Assembly: GCA_038496445.1 (NCBI GenBank)
Contig: JALMLS010000523.1
Span: 49,110-113,109, forward strand
DNA: 64,000 nucleotides
Direction: 5' to 3'
Source: Trichosphaerium sp. ATCC 40318
Taxonomy: Eukaryota; Protista; Tubulinea
In this document: positions 1 to 14,059 of the stretch, piece after piece
How positions within the stretch are numbered: the stretch's first letter is position 1
Layout of the letters: every line of letters starts with the position of its first letter
Position numbers and translations under genes: made by a program
Notes under the pieces: model-generated
Told to the model about the DNA's origin: nothing
What the model saw: the letters and a program-made list of their open reading frames with translations, nothing else
Databases searched by the model: none

Positions 1-407
1 GTTTCAAGTACCTGCAGATAGATCATAAAGTCCTTCACGAATATTCACTGTCACACCGCCATTAGGTAAACCACTAGGATAGGAACATCAAAACAACTTA
101 GAAACGCAGGTGAACTTTCTGAATCACAGTAAAAAGGGATCGCACGTGTGAAAAGGGTATCAATGGTATTACGTATGTTGACTCACGTACGTTGATGATT
201 TTAGGCTTCTAATAGTGTCTCTTGCCTTTTCTAGTGTTTTAAAGGGTTTGTCTATTGTGCCACTGTTGGTGTCGCTCCCATGAGTACCTAGTAGTTTGTT
301 GTAAGGTGGTATCAAGCGAATAAAGAAATTTTACCATCTACGTAGTACTCAGAAGCTCCTAACACAGCTTGAAAAGCCAGTAGAGCAATAATTGCTTGTA
401 CGATCAT
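1..407 (-). CDS. Secreted right-handed beta-helix (pectin-lyase fold/DUF1565-like) protein, 5' part; continues beyond left edge
   Basis: ATG at 407; spliced translation MIVQAIIALLAFQAVLGASEYYVDG/THGSDTNSGTIDKPFKTLEKARDTIRSLK...LPNGGVTVNIREGLY: signal peptide followed by the YYV-G-D-N-GT--PFKT motif typical of this fold's N-terminus. Confidence 0.7.
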
Positions 408-837
408 AAGGTAACGGTTTTTAGGTGCTTGTTGTCGGCCTACAAAGTTTTTTGGTGGTGAGCCAAAATGTCAAAATATAGTCAATGTAAAAGAAAGTCA
501 TTGATGCTTGTCATTGTGACTCTGGGTTTCATTATTTGTTCCTTTTAGTGCATCTCGAATGTGATGATCGCCACAAGGCGAATCTTTCTAGGCACGTGTT
601 TCTATAGCGTGTTGCTGTGTTTACACTGGCGCATCGATTATTTCATACAAACATGTTAGAACGTTTGAGGACTGTATACATAAAAAATTTTCTAACTTTA
701 TTACGTGTACATGCAGAATTACACTATCACTTGGTGTTTAGTTTGTTGAAATTGTACAGAAATGTGATGTAGCAATGCCTACACGTGTTTTTGAGGATTG
801 AAAAATTGGCACAAAGTAGTCACTCAACATCATTTAT

Positions 838-1143
838 TTACGAGTGCGCCTGATACAATACTTCACGTGGACAACCTCTCCTGCTTACAAGATAAACTGT
901 TGAGTTATTTCTCAGGTTACAATCATCAACCACAAAATCATCCATTAGTTGTCTATCACCATAGACTAGATACTGTTCATCTATTGGTTTTCCTATCTTA
1001 TCCCTTATTTGTATTTTGATGCTCATTATTGTATTCAAAGGTCTGGTGTTGATTTCTATTCTTTTACCAGTGGCGGTGCTAACAAACAAGTTTATTTCGT
1101 TATCCTGGTGCATATGGTGTTTTTTGATAGTGGCTTTGTCCAT
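838..1143 (-). CDS. Divergent ubiquitin-like domain protein (intronless)
   Basis: INLFVSTATGKRIEI...IKIQIRDKIGKPIDEQYLVYGDRQLMDD...STVYLVSRRG aligns to ubiquitin; no terminal GG. Confidence 0.7.
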   Translation of the reverse strand: MDKATIKKHHMHQDNEINLFVSTATGKRIEINTRPLNTIMSIKIQIRDKIGKPIDEQYLVYGDRQLMDDFVVDDCNLRNNSTVYLVSRRGCPREVLYQAHS

Positions 1144-1405
1144 CTAGTTTATAGCAATGCGTTGTGGCTTAAAAGAGAGCAATAATTGGCAAATGGTTGT
1201 ATTCGGTTCATTGAACTCTGTACAGAGTACCTTTTCTTTGTATTTATTTATACATCTTCACTTGCTACACATGAAATTTGCGAATTAAATTGCGCACTAT
1301 ATTCACTATTAGGTACAATGGTATCTTTATATTCCTAGCACAAGTACGTTCATAAATGAATGCAAACATTAGTTTGTTGGTTCAACAAAATAGTTAAATC
1401 AGGCA

Positions 1406-1895
1406 CTATTTTCCATCATAGCACCAACCTTTGAAATTACCTTGTAATTCGCCATTCTTATAATTACATTGCACCCACAGTTGTCCATTATCATGCCACA
1501 TTTTATATTCTCCTTCAAATTTATCATCAACATAGTTTATCAACTTGTATAACTGACCATTCTCATACCACTGTTTATACTCACCATTACGTTTACCATG
1601 TTTCCAACACTCTTGATATTTAAGCTTACATGTTAAAGAAGACTTGTAATATGTTTGTTTAAGCCATTTCCCATGTCTTTTTAAGTCAGCATCAAACCTT
1701 GTGTTTAGTGCTGTTTGCTTGGATAATATTGGCCATTTTGTGTATACTTCAAAGTCTAAGTCAGTGATATCTAGCTGTAGCTCCACAGGAAGGCTTAATA
1801 GAGTATTATCTTCCAACAACTTAATATTAACCTATTTATTAGCTCAGTAGGTGCTGTATTGTATTTAAAACTAAAACCTTGCGTTTAGCCGCCAT
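1406..1895 (-). CDS. F-box-like + MORN-variant (YwqK-like) repeat protein
   Basis: Exon 1 MAAKRK (ATG 1895), intron ~1832-1877, then LLSLPVELQLDI..W..LSKQ (F-box-like) and repeats NGEYKQWYENGQL / EGEYKMWHDNGQL. Confidence 0.7.
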
Positions 1896-2132
1896 TTATC
1901 AGATTCTATACATCTTTCTAAGAATAAAACACCTTCAGGAAGGTTCAGTTTAATTGATTAAAGTACTACCCTTGTTGACTATCAAGGCTTACGAAAGACC
2001 GTTCCTTCTTGGTATTTTACAAAACAGCTTTTTGCTGCTAAGACTTGTAAAACACATAGCAACGTTGACAATCAAGGCGTTAGATGCTTTTTATTATTCT
2101 ACACGAAAGAAATACACCACAGAGTTAAGTGT

Positions 2133-5100
2133 TTAGTTGTTATACTCACTCTTGTGCATATTACCGAGTCTTTCACGCTCTTGACGCAATTGTTTCTCGA
2201 GTTGTAAGATACGAATCCTTTGTTCCATTTGTTCTCGTTTTGTCCTAGAAATAAAGATTAGTAACCAAAGCCACGTGATTGAGTGCAAGCAATCCAAAAA
2301 AAAAAAGAAAGAAAAAACTTACTTTGACATTGTGAACGCTTTTCTTTGCTCCTCTTGTTGTTTCTCTTCGAGCCAGTTTCCTGCTTCTCTAGCAGTATTT
2401 ACTAATCCTGTTGTTGCCTTAGCTACACCCTTGGCAGCGGAGGCAAGTTTCTTTACTGAAGAAGCGTTTGGATCAATCTAAGGGAAAAAAGTCAGATTAC
2501 TTTACAAAATTTTTCGGAGACAAAGGCAATGTAACGTACCCTGTAGTTAGATGATGCTACAAGCTGAGCTGTGGCAGCATTTACTTCCTTTGCAGTAGCA
2601 ATAAGTGCTTCTTCTACTACTTCTTTCTAAAACAAAAGTGTGAGGACGGAAAACAAACAACCAACAAAATGAAGAATTTACCTTGATTGCCAAATCGCAG
2701 TTCGATACAAGCATATTAATAGCAGCACCTACGGTCTGGGCCGCTGAGATTAATCCCTTACCCCACTGTGGGTTGTTGTGGTACTTCTTACCAGAGAATG
2801 ACGAAGATTTACGTTCCTGAAGTACAAATCAACAAAAAGTCATTCGAAAAGAAATTTTGTTACTGAGAAGTACTACGTACACCTTGTACAGCTGTTGCTG
2901 CTCTAATAAGTTCACCAGTACAACCAGCTACTAGCCGTGAAGCTTTAAGAATACCCTCATGTAGATCGTGCAAATCAATACCGCCTCCCGCTTTTGGTTC
3001 TGCACGAGGTGGAATCTTGATAGATTGAAGCAACTATCATGAGGTGAGTAAACAACAATACATGAGAGACGATTAAGGGAAATCACGTGTTTTGTACGTA
3101 CCTTTGTTGCTTCTGCGATAGCCTTTGAGGTGTTTTGTAATGACAAATCTGCTTTTTGGTGAATAGATAAGGCATCTCCTCCAGTGAAGTCCACAATTTG
3201 GTGATCTGGGAACATATCCTTTAATGTGGATACAACACCTGCTACCATGCCAATAACAGCTATTTGATAAACTCGTTAGAAGATAATAAACCACGAAGAA
3301 ACCACAAAGTTTATTGTACCTTGTCCAGAGTCTTCAATCTTTTTGTTACCCTCTGGTCTTTCGAGCTTGCATTTATCCAAAAATTCCATACAAGCTACAC
3401 CTGTTTTTCTACCTGCACCAAGGAGATGGTTTGAAGCCATCTTATCAGCAGATAGACGAGTTACACCACGACATTGCGCGAGGAGTTGTTTAATGGCTGT
3501 AAAAAAGTTAATGAAAGGTAATGTTTCTAAAGCTTGAAAGAAAAATCACGTGACAGTTATCTCAAAAAATATCAATTAAAAAAACACGTGCAATCAAAGA
3601 TATCCTTAGAGCAACCAACAATCTTATCTTCATTACTAGCAATAACCATTTCGTTAACAGAGTCATGTAATGCTTTAGCGGCCTTCATTACATCTTAAAA
3701 AGAGTGAGTTAAAACGACCTTTTTAACATATGTAAGGTTCTGCGTACCTTCTGGTCTTGCTGAAGCAGAAGCGGTATTACTGTTAAGTAAGAACTCAATA
3801 TCCATGCGAGCGTCTTCTAGATATTTCTAAAGGAGAGAGTTCAGTACGAGAGGCTTGACACGAAAACTAGCCGAAGAACTTCAAACCATCGGCTATCTTT
3901 TTTTTTGGCGTAGGGTGTTAAAGGTACCTCTGTACGGTTAGAGTTCTTAAGAGCAATTTCAGTGGATTCAATAAGTTGTGCAGCTATCTTATCAAGTTGT
4001 GTATTAGCATCTTTCAGAGTACGACCAGATAAATTATCGGAAGGATCATTAATGTTATCACGCATAGCTTGAAGGATCTATAATAAAAAGTATATAAGCA
4101 TGTGCTATCAAAATAATAAGCGAAATGTGACTATGATACGTACATCAGCGTTAAGGTCAACAAACTGTTTGGTAGCATTTAATACGCTTTGTTGTGACTC
4201 AATATCACCCATTTTACCAGCAGCGTTGATAGCCAAAGGACCAACTTGAGATTGCATAGCCTTTGCTAGACTAGCAGACAATGCTCCAAGCTTCTCTGGA
4301 GTGTTCCTGTAATAAGCGTAAGTACGTGGTTACAAGAAAAAAACAAGAGAGAAAAAAAGAAGCGGGTTCTTACTTAGCAGCAACAAAGTTCTTTGCGTAT
4401 TTGACAGTAGCACCAACAGATGAATTCAATTGGCGCATCAAGTCATCTAAGCTCTCAGAACCCTTGTATGGTTCTAATTGACCTGCTTGAGCGTAAATCG
4501 CTGCAGAGTCAAGTTTGCCAACAACGTCTTTTACAACAGTTTGTGCTTGACGGATTTGACGATCTCCAGTAGATCCCTTTGCTGCAGTCTTTCCGAGACC
4601 TGTCATTGATGTAGCAATCTGCCTGATGGCGTTTTGCATTTTATTCTGACTTTGTCTTGAGTTAGGCTGGTTGACCAAGTCTTGAGCAGTGGTAGCCAAA
4701 TCTAAGAAAAAAGTAAGAAGAAAAATACGCTTGTGTTTCCTTGCTTCAAAGCCACGTGTTGACGCAGCAAATGAATAAACGACGAGTTTTAAATAAGGAG
4801 ATAATAGTTTTAACAATTAAAAGCCAAGAAGCGTTGGTGATAAGAAAAAGTAGAAAGGTACCCAAAACTGCGTTCAAAGAGCTCTTGAGGCCACTTGTGA
4901 ATTCTGTTTTAGCGTCTTGCTCCTTTGTAGTTGCAATAGCATCTTGAACAACCTTTACAAATCGAGGAAGCTCATCAGCAAGATTCTTGCACTCCATAGC
5001 AACTTGACCAATATTCGCTAAAAGGCACAAGTCAATACTTTGAACTTTCAATCGATAACAAACGTACATTTATCAGCAGAGCTGACTTTATGAGCGCCTT

Positions 5101-8100
5101 CACTGACATTCTTAATCTCTTTTGTTAGGTCCAGACGGATTTGTGGGTAAGATCTTCCACTTGGTTTGCCTGGTTGTCCAGCTTTTTGGATGAGCTCTAA
5201 AACCAACGTAAATACAAAATACTATCTTTTGAAGAACCAACTTACGTTTGATACTGTTGATGGTAGCATTGAGCTCCTTTGCAACAATAGCATTTCCTCT
5301 TAGCTTGGTTACAAGTTGTCCAAGCGTATCAGAGGCAGACTTATAGTTTCCAAGCAAATCACGTTGAGATTCACTAATAGCAAAGTCAATATAATTCAGC
5401 TTCAAAAGATTCCTCGCTTGTGTTATGTACCTATCGTCTGGGTTGGCTTCCTTACAACCATTAATGAGTCCAAGAAGTCCATCCGCAAGTTCTCTAGACA
5501 ACGCCAAGAGATCTTTTTGCATATCAATGTTGGAAATTGTTCCAGCAGCGTTCAAAGAAGCTTGAACCAAACGAGGCATGTCTGATCCCATTTTCTTGGC
5601 TGCAGCACGCAAGTCACCAACACCTCTTGCTCCTTCCATGAGTCTTGCCATTCCAGATGCAATATCTTTACAAACAGTGACAAGTTTGGCTTGAGCGACT
5701 TCAGGAGATTCACTGCTCTAAACATTAAAGTCAGTATTTCGAAGGTTGTTGAGAGTGCTTGACGTACCTTGGCAATACCAAGAAGTTGCGCTTTATCAAG
5801 TTCTTGAATAGCAGCATTAGCTTTTTCAGTGGCTTTATCGCATTCGTAAATAGCAGGATCCAAAGCCTGGGAAGGACAGGTGAGCAAGACTTAAAAAGGA
5901 ATAATTAAGCTGGTTTTCTATGTACCTTGCAAGCCTCAAGCATGTCTTGGATGGCTTCAGATACCATCTTACTGGCTTCATTGAGGCTAGCTGGATTATA
6001 AGGACCAGCAGAGGCACCAGTATTGGAAACAGCTGTCTGAATAAGACCTAGTATTTGGTGTTAACTGAAGAGAGTACAACCAGGAAATAACGTGTATAAA
6101 ACGTACTTGTCGTTGCCAAAGCTACGCGCTTAGATGTTGTCTTGATCTTGCTTCTAGCATGATCATCCAAAGCGAATTCAGGAGCATCACCTGAGGAGAG
6201 AGAATCAACAAAGAGCAAGAAGAAATCAAAGAATGATGAATTGATTGCGTACCGCCTACAGCTTCTGCGACTTTACGAACGTGTCCTTTGAGTGCATTCG
6301 CAGCAGTAACAAGTGCTCTTACATCAGCTTGGTTTGTTCTCTTTGGATCTCTGTCGATCTTTTGAGCAGCTTTACCCATACCTTAAACGCATATGTTAAG
6401 GCGGAGTTTCGCACTTTTTGCTTCGTACCAGATATTGCTTGTGCTAAGCCGTGTGCTAGTTTTAATGTTGCTTGTTGTTCTGGTTTTGTTTTAGCTCTGC
6501 TTGCGGCGCCTTTGAGCTCAGAAATCAATTGAGGTGCAGTGAGGGCGACCTTCTTTGTTGATGGAATTACAACATTATATTTGTTTGGATTCTAGGAAAG
6601 AATATGAGTATTGGCGGCAAATGGTAAGGTCTATGTGTACTCCAGCTATGGCATCGCATAATCCAATGATTGTGCTAACAGCAGGCGATTGAGCGGATGA
6701 TGTAGCATGAGTAGTAGCTAGATAAAGGCATCAGAAAATCAAAAGACGAAATTGCTTCCACAACAAAGAACATACCAGCTGCTGCGCTCAAGATGTCATC
6801 TACGGAGTCGATACAAGCGTTACAGCATTGTCCAAGTTTTGGTGACTCAGTACGAGCAGCACTCTAACAGAAATCGTCAGATAAGAGAATCAAAGAGTGT
6901 TTTTCTTCAGTACTTACCATTACTTTAGTTGCGCTCTTTGCAAGTTCTTGTGTGGCTTCTTTGAACTGCTTCAAAACATCTTCAGGTCTTAGAGCACTTC
7001 CTGGTTTCTCACGATCAAAGTTGCTAAAACCACAAAGTTAGCCATAATTGACACGATCGCAAGTCACGTGGGCAAGGTATTTTTTTTTTCGTACTTTGCT
7101 CTTGATAATATGCGTTGGATTGCATCTTCTACTTCAGGCATTACATCACCTTGACTTGCTGTTTTAACAAGATTCTTCAATTTATTAGCCAAAAGCTGAG
7201 CTGCGCCATTAAGAGCGTCGATTGACTGAGGACTCTTCTTCGTAAGTGCAACTGCCTTGACACTATTCAAAAGAACTAAAAAAACAATTAGCAAGAGCTC
7301 ACTGAAGCAATAGTAACGGATGACATACCAGGTGTTTGTTCTACGAGATCAATAGTAGCATTCTTAAGTGCAGCTCCTACAGTCTTATCTGGAGCAGTAG
7401 CGATAGCGTTTTGAGCTACTGTAACCAAATTTTTAACCTACAACAAAAGTTTGTTTGGTTCTGGACACGGCTGATAAGGTGACTTACAGTTGAAGCAACC
7501 ATTTTAGCTGGAGGTCCAGCGTTCTTTGGGTTTGATTTAGCAGTCATAACAAGTTCTAAAGACAAGACGTCAGTCAAGTAAAAGACTTATACAAAAAGTT
7601 GTACGTTGTGTAGCTGCATTCAAAGCCTTGCTTGATCCAATCAAAGCTCCAGTACAATCTTTGAAGCTTCTGGAAGCAACAGATGGGCGTCTACCTGGAT
7701 CTTTCACCAATCTATCGAGAGCACCATTAACAGTGTTGATAGCGTCATCGAGGTCACGTGAACCAAGGCCTAAACGAACAATCAACGAAGAAATTCAACG
7801 ACAAGATGAACGGGCTTACCTTTACTGGCAGCCATCAGTTTGTTTAATGCATCTTGAAGGTTCTTATTAGCTCTCGCAAGTCCTTCTTTACTTCCTCCAC
7901 GTGCAGCACTTCTGGCAGCGACGATAAGTTCAGCCAAAGAGTCATTCAAAAGGCGAGCCTGTCCGAGAAAATAAGTTCAAAACTGTCACCTATGTTCAAA
8001 GTATCACGTACATTGTCTATTATACCCTTTTGAGTTGCTTTACCCTTTGCAGTACTTGCGACTACCTTTGCAGCGTCACATAGTTCAGTACATGCGCTCG

Positions 8101-11100
8101 TAGCAGTGGTAACAGGCTGGGAGGAAGGTCAGCAACCAAGAAATAAAAGAGTTTCCGAGAAAGAACGTACAGCGCCAAGTGGTTTACCGCTATCAGCGGC
8201 TGCGACAATTCCTTGGATGGCCTTGGAGAGCTCAGCTGCCGCTTGAGCAAGCATGAGGTTTGCGCTTTCGAGACTCTAACAAAACATTACAAATGCAACA
8301 AAAAACATCCAAAACAAACCTGTCCTGGAAGGCTTGGTAGTGCGCCTGCATCGACTGCAAAAGCTGCAGCTTTTAGTTCAGATCCGTTAGCATTTAATTG
8401 ATCTACAGCTTCATCCAAAGCTTCATCACCAGCACGTGCAGCAACACCCTAAAACAACTTATAAGAAAAATCGAAGAAAACAAGAAGCCGAGATGCATAC
8501 CTTGATGGCTCTAGCGAGGTTACCCAATTTGTCTTGTAAATCAGTTGAAGCGTTGTTCAATGAAGCCTTTGCTTTAATATCAGAGATTTGAGGTGATACT
8601 CTCTTCACTCCAGCAATAGCTTGACTCATAGGATAAACAACCTTTTTAGATGCATCCAATAAAGCGTTCTGTGCTTGTGGGCTATTAGGCTCTTTACAAG
8701 CCCATTTAAGAGGTTCCATGTAGTCCTCAAGAGCTTTGTCTAGTCCTTTGGATGCTTTTAGAAGAGCTCCTTTCACACGAGGATCAGTTTTAGCGTTTCT
8801 GTTGGAAGAGTAAGTTAAGCGAATATTTATTGGCAAAAAAAGTTAAGAGTACCTTGCTGTTGTTCTCATGTCGTTACCAAGTCTCAAAGCTTCGGTAAGA
8901 GCTGCTTTACCAGTTTTTCTCAATGCTGAACCTTCTAGAGGTTGTCCTACAGCAAGCAATTGGCGAGCGAGGGCATCAACCTTAGCAATCTAAAAAAACG
9001 TCTGGGTTAGGATTCGTTTTTCTTTTAAAAACTTACTTTTCCATTTAATCTCTGACGAGCGTTTGGATCGTTAGGATTTGCAGCTGCATCCTTTGCTGTC
9101 CTTAGAAGTTCTTGGAGTCCGTCTGTAAGCAATTTAGCGGCTTTACTCAAGTCACCACCCTGAACAAAACGGTCAACAATAAAGTCTTGAGCTGAGGCGA
9201 TTTTACCAATTGGTTTGGATTAGCGTCAGCGAGTAACTTCGCAGCTTTAGCAAGTGTACTACCACCAGCCATGACATGCTTACAAGCACCAACAATAGCG
9301 TTAGCACCGCGAGCGTTCTGTAGCATTGGCAAGGCCTTAAAAGAAGTAAGTCATACAGTGTAGCACTTGTGATAGTAATACCTTTATCAAACGAGTATGT
9401 GGCTCGTCCAAGTCGATATCGGTCCATCCTGGCTCTGCCATCTCTACAGTAGCCTTTACTTGGTTTGCAGTAATATCCATCTCTTCAGCAAGCTCGGCAA
9501 GCCCAGGGAGTAAATTAGCAAGAGCCTTAGCAGGTCCAAGAAGATCTGTGAGAAGAGTTAGATATAAGCTCTTACAAGTTGAAAACAAAATACCTTCCGT
9601 AGCTCCAATAATACGTCTCCTGGCTTTTGGATTTACAGCAGCAGGTGCTAGAGTATCAACAGTACCCATCATAGCCTTTTCAGCAGCAGCAATGTTCTTA
9701 ATAAGACCACCTGTTACGTGACGTTAAAATTCTCGGTTTTAACTCTTTTCTTTTGACATAAGAAACGTACCAACTTCTCTCATTGTTTTACCATCCTTGA
9801 TGCCACCCATCTGACCTTTGGCAGCTCCCAGTAAATTATCAGTAGCAGAAGATAAACCGGCTGCAGACATATGCACCAAAGCTTTAGCAGGACCATCGCT
9901 AAGCTAAAAAAAGAGTGAGTCGATGCTGATGTAAGCTATTTCCAACATACGTTTCCGGCTTGAGCAGAATCTAATAGAATAGCAGCGTTCTCATAAGCGC
10001 GAACAGCGTCATCATAAAGAGCACGCGTCTTTGGATCATGTGGGGCTTTTTGTAATCGCTCACCTGCAGCAAGAAGACCAGCTGCGGCCTAAACAAATAG
10101 CGATAAGCCAGAGAAAAAAAACGAAAACGGTTTGGTTTTTTATCGGTTTAACTTACAGCAGCTACACGAGCTACAGCATCTGCCAAAGCGCGAGGATCTC
10201 CTTTACCGACTAACATCTTTGCTGTTTGTCCAAGCTTTCTTACGGAATCACCTGTTGAAGAAAAAAAGTCAGCATAATTCAATTCAAACTGCTTTGCAAA
10301 ACTCGGTTGGTGTTGGCGCGAGTTGCGTACCAATTGGTGGAGAGTGTTTTGCTAAAGCTGCTTTTATCATAAGAGGATCTACATTTCCTTCAAGAGCATT
10401 ATTAAGTGCGCCAACATTAGCTTGAACAGCCTTCATATTTTGGGCCATTTGATCACGCCATTGTGGAAGACCCATCTCTGAGTGTTCAGCCATAGCGTGG
10501 AACTTTTCCCTGTTTTCAAAAGGTTAGACACATGATTCGCGCACGTGATTTTGAAAAGTAGTTAACGTACCGACTTGGGTCTGCAAGTTCGTCCATGAGT
10601 AATTTCATGGCACGTTGTGCAGTTGGTAAGTCCATAATCTTTACTTGTTGTGAAGGAGCCATGTGCTTTTGATTTTGATCTTGGAATGATCCAGAGTGTG
10701 CCTAGATGTAGTTTAGCATATATAACGATTTGACTAGTCTGAAAAAAGTGCACATACGCCACCTAATGTGCCAGCTTGTCCAGTGATCATAGCCACTTAA
10801 TAAAAAAGTCAGAATGAAAAACAAAAAGAAGGTTATTCTTACTTTGAGCTTGACCAACATGAGGTCTCATATCATCAATCTCAGCTGTGTTCAAGTCATC
10901 TTCTTCGTGAAGTGTAGCAACATCTATACAGGGAAGAGTAGAGTAAGTACATAAGAGTAATCGTATAAATTTGTTGCGAATGTACCTTTCCTTGCTTTCA
11001 AAATAATATCGATATAACCGGAGATAAGACCCGCAATTTGTTCTCCTTCGGTAGTAACAAGAACCTTGTATTCATCTTCGTAGTTACCAAAATCTAGTCG

Positions 11101-12904
11101 CAAACGCGTAAGAAGTAAAGCAAGGCAAAAATATAAATAAGAGTGTACCCAAAGTGATGTTGTGTGATGTAGCGGCCCAACGTTTTAAATGCGTCAAGTG
11201 GTGATCCAAGAAAACCTCTCTAGAAGGTGCGTCTGCGAGTACAATATTTTCTCTTGTAACACCAATGTACTGAGGCAACAGTTTCTTCTTTTTTCTGTCT
11301 TTGCCGTGTGGTTTTCCCTATTTGAAAAAAAATCAGGTAAATAGCTCCTGTCGTCACGTGGTTTTATTTTTGAGAAACGTACTCTGACTTCGAAAAAGGT
11401 GATACCATAGGATGATAGAGATCGAACCATTTGTACGTAACGGTACTTGGCATTAATCTCAGACATACCAACAAGTTTTTGGTATGCTCCTAAGATATCC
11501 TTTTCAATACCTCTGTTTTTAGACCATTTCTTGGAGATGAACTTTGGTAGGCTGTAACAACAATTAGTTCCGATTTTTTACGTCTGAGAAAATGGAGAAA
11601 TGCCGTTTAATAAGTCCAGTACGTACTCCATAAAGCCTGGTCTGTGTTTCTGAGGGTTGAAATCACCCAGTTCAATTTGAAGTTGAATAGAGGCCAAAGT
11701 TTTTGATTCTTCCTTCGAAGCAGGGTAACTTCCATCAATAACTTTATCACGAGCCTATCACATAAAACATATTAATACAATAGGTACACAAAACAAACCA
11801 AAATTAAATTAAAAACAACAAAAAAAGTAAAGAATACATCACGTGGGATAACGTAGGGGCAAAAAAATGTGAGTTTTCTGCACTTGTTAAATAGAGAAAG
11901 GAGATTTTACATTAACAACGTGAACCAAAAAAATAACAAAAAAGGCTCTGGCGTTTCAGTACACATGTGTTTTTCATATTCATACCTGAACGTATATCAA
12001 GTGAAGTTGTACAGGATCTGATCTATCTACATTTGCATCATAGTAAAAGAACCTCTTGGCTAGTAAAAGCATCTGATTATCTTCATCAAACCCTTGGTCT
12101 GCGAGCCCTTCAATATTTTTAAGCCATTCGCCAGCTAAACACAGCAATTAGTAATTCCTAATCTACCCAAGCATGGGGAAAAAAAGTCAAAAATTTTCTG
12201 TTACCGTTTGGATTCTCTTCGTCCTTGATGATTTTTACGCCTATAAATGATCAGTACGCATAACACATACACCAAGCTTCCTTACCGTATTCTTCAGAGT
12301 TACCAATACGCGCTTTTTTACAAATAGCTTCCAAAATGTCTGTTACATTTTTACTAACGTCAGTGACGACCTACACAAACCATACTAAGCAATCTCCCAT
12401 TAATGAAGTCGCGTACACGCTTTGTAGATCCGTCAACTAGCTTAACGTGTAGCTGTCTGTGCTTCTTTCTGTAAATCATAGCGGTCTACAAACAAGCATG
12501 TTAGCGCAAACAGCCATAAATACATAGTGATGTGAACTGGTCTTGCAGTAGACGCACCCCGGATGTGATATCGTAGTAACGTAGTGTCCTGCGCACGTTT
12601 AGCCATCGTCCACCAGCGCCTTTCTAAAATATCGATGTTACTCAACAAAACAGGAGTGTAAGCCTACGCACCTTCTTAAATGGTTCAAATAGACCGTGAT
12701 CACGTCCTTTTTAAAGTCGTTAGTATCACGTGCGGTTTAAATTATCAAAAGCACTTCAAAAAAAAAACAATGAGTCTGAGACATACCACCGCCAAACTTT
12801 TCACGCAAATCTCTAACGATTTCAGCGATGGCAATATCAGGTGGAAATTTAATTGTCTTGGTGGCATTAGTGCTCTCCAACAGTACTTTCAATAGTATAG
12901 ACAT
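2133..12904 (-). CDS. TLN: Talin (FERM head, helical rod, C-terminal I/LWEQ domain), dozens of short introns
   Basis: N-terminus MSILLKVLLESTNATKTIKFPPD; FERM motifs DPVQLHLIYVQ, MSEINAKYRYVQMVRSLSSYGITFFEV, GEQIAGLISGYIDI; Ala-rich rod; NPQWGKGLISAAQTV and terminal helix EQRIRILQLEKQLRQERERLG; stop 2133-2135. Confidence 0.95.
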
Positions 12905-13312
12905 TCTCGCAGTGTTGTCTACGTTGTAGCGCCTTTCTTTTTGTAAGGGTTGCTAGCGCGGAAGAGGTGTTTACGAGAAGACTGCTCTGGTTGGTTTAAA
13001 TCAGTTCACAAAGGGCACATTTTGAACACATGGCTCTGGTTGGCTGTAACGGATTTTTAACGGATTTTAGCATAAAAGGGTACTGCGGATAAGGTACTGC
13101 GCACGTTTAAACTCTTGTAGCATGTTTTTGTGACTCAAAAAAAAACCAAATGCTTGAGAATTATGGGTGTTTAGTGATAAATAGTTGTCTATTTACATGG
13201 GCTGTTGTTACACACGCGTTAGCCAAAATGGCAACACGAAAGGAGAAAAAAATTCGGAGGTTGTACTGTGCTTTTGTTTTGTACGTTAGCTCCTCCAATA
13301 CACTCACGCGAT

Positions 13313-14059
13313 TCACTGAGTGTTTGTCATGTCTTTAATATTGTACTAGCGCGTAATTAGAAATGATTACACGTATGAAGTGTCGTACCATATCCGATCC
13401 CTGTAAAAGGTTCAAAGGACGCGGAGGCGGACCTGAGGCGTTTGATCTACGAGCTCGAAGCGGCTTTAGAAAAAATAAGTAAGAAAATTATTCTGTTGAT
13501 CTAAAAAATGCTGTACATACCCTCATTGGTTTTCTTAAACTGTCTTTAATGAGTTGCAACCATTTTTCTGCAGAACTGACATCCCCAAAAGAAAATATGT
13601 AGTGTCTTGTTGTTTTATCGCGTTTGCTATTAAAAGTGAGCACTGGTAACACTCTTTATATGGTTATATACCTAAACAAGCGAAAACACCATTTGTGACC
13701 TTGCAAAGAGTTTCCGTTTGTTTCAAGCAGCGCGAGTGTATCGTAGTGCTTTAAATCTATTACTCCAAGCGGCTAGCGGAATGTTAGTAATTAGTGAACA
13801 ATCGTTGAAAGGTTCACAAAGCTTGTAATTGCACAATGCTCCAAAAGGAGTGACATTAAAGTTGTATGCGCGCTGTAGAGTGTCGAACCTTGTCTTGTTT
13901 GTAAGTTTTGTAGTAATACAGTGTTTCTTGTCGTAGCACCAACCAGCGGCGTTTCCAAGGCTTATCAGCGTTTTTACCACCTCTTTTTTCAATCCAACCT
14001 GTATACCTCTGACCAGCCCTTCCTGTAGATACAGAGCGCTTATTAGACGCCGCGCACAT
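13313..14059 (-). CDS. Small PH-domain protein
   Basis: YTGWIEKRGGKNADKPWKRRWLVLRQETLYYYK ... HYIFSFGDVSSAEKWLQLIK; GT-AG introns; stop 13313-13315. Confidence 0.8.

Noticed and set aside
13078-13101. GGTACTGCG motif twice upstream of talin and again at ~42760
   Set aside because: Too few occurrences, and it also occurs in coding sequence; not supportable as a promoter element
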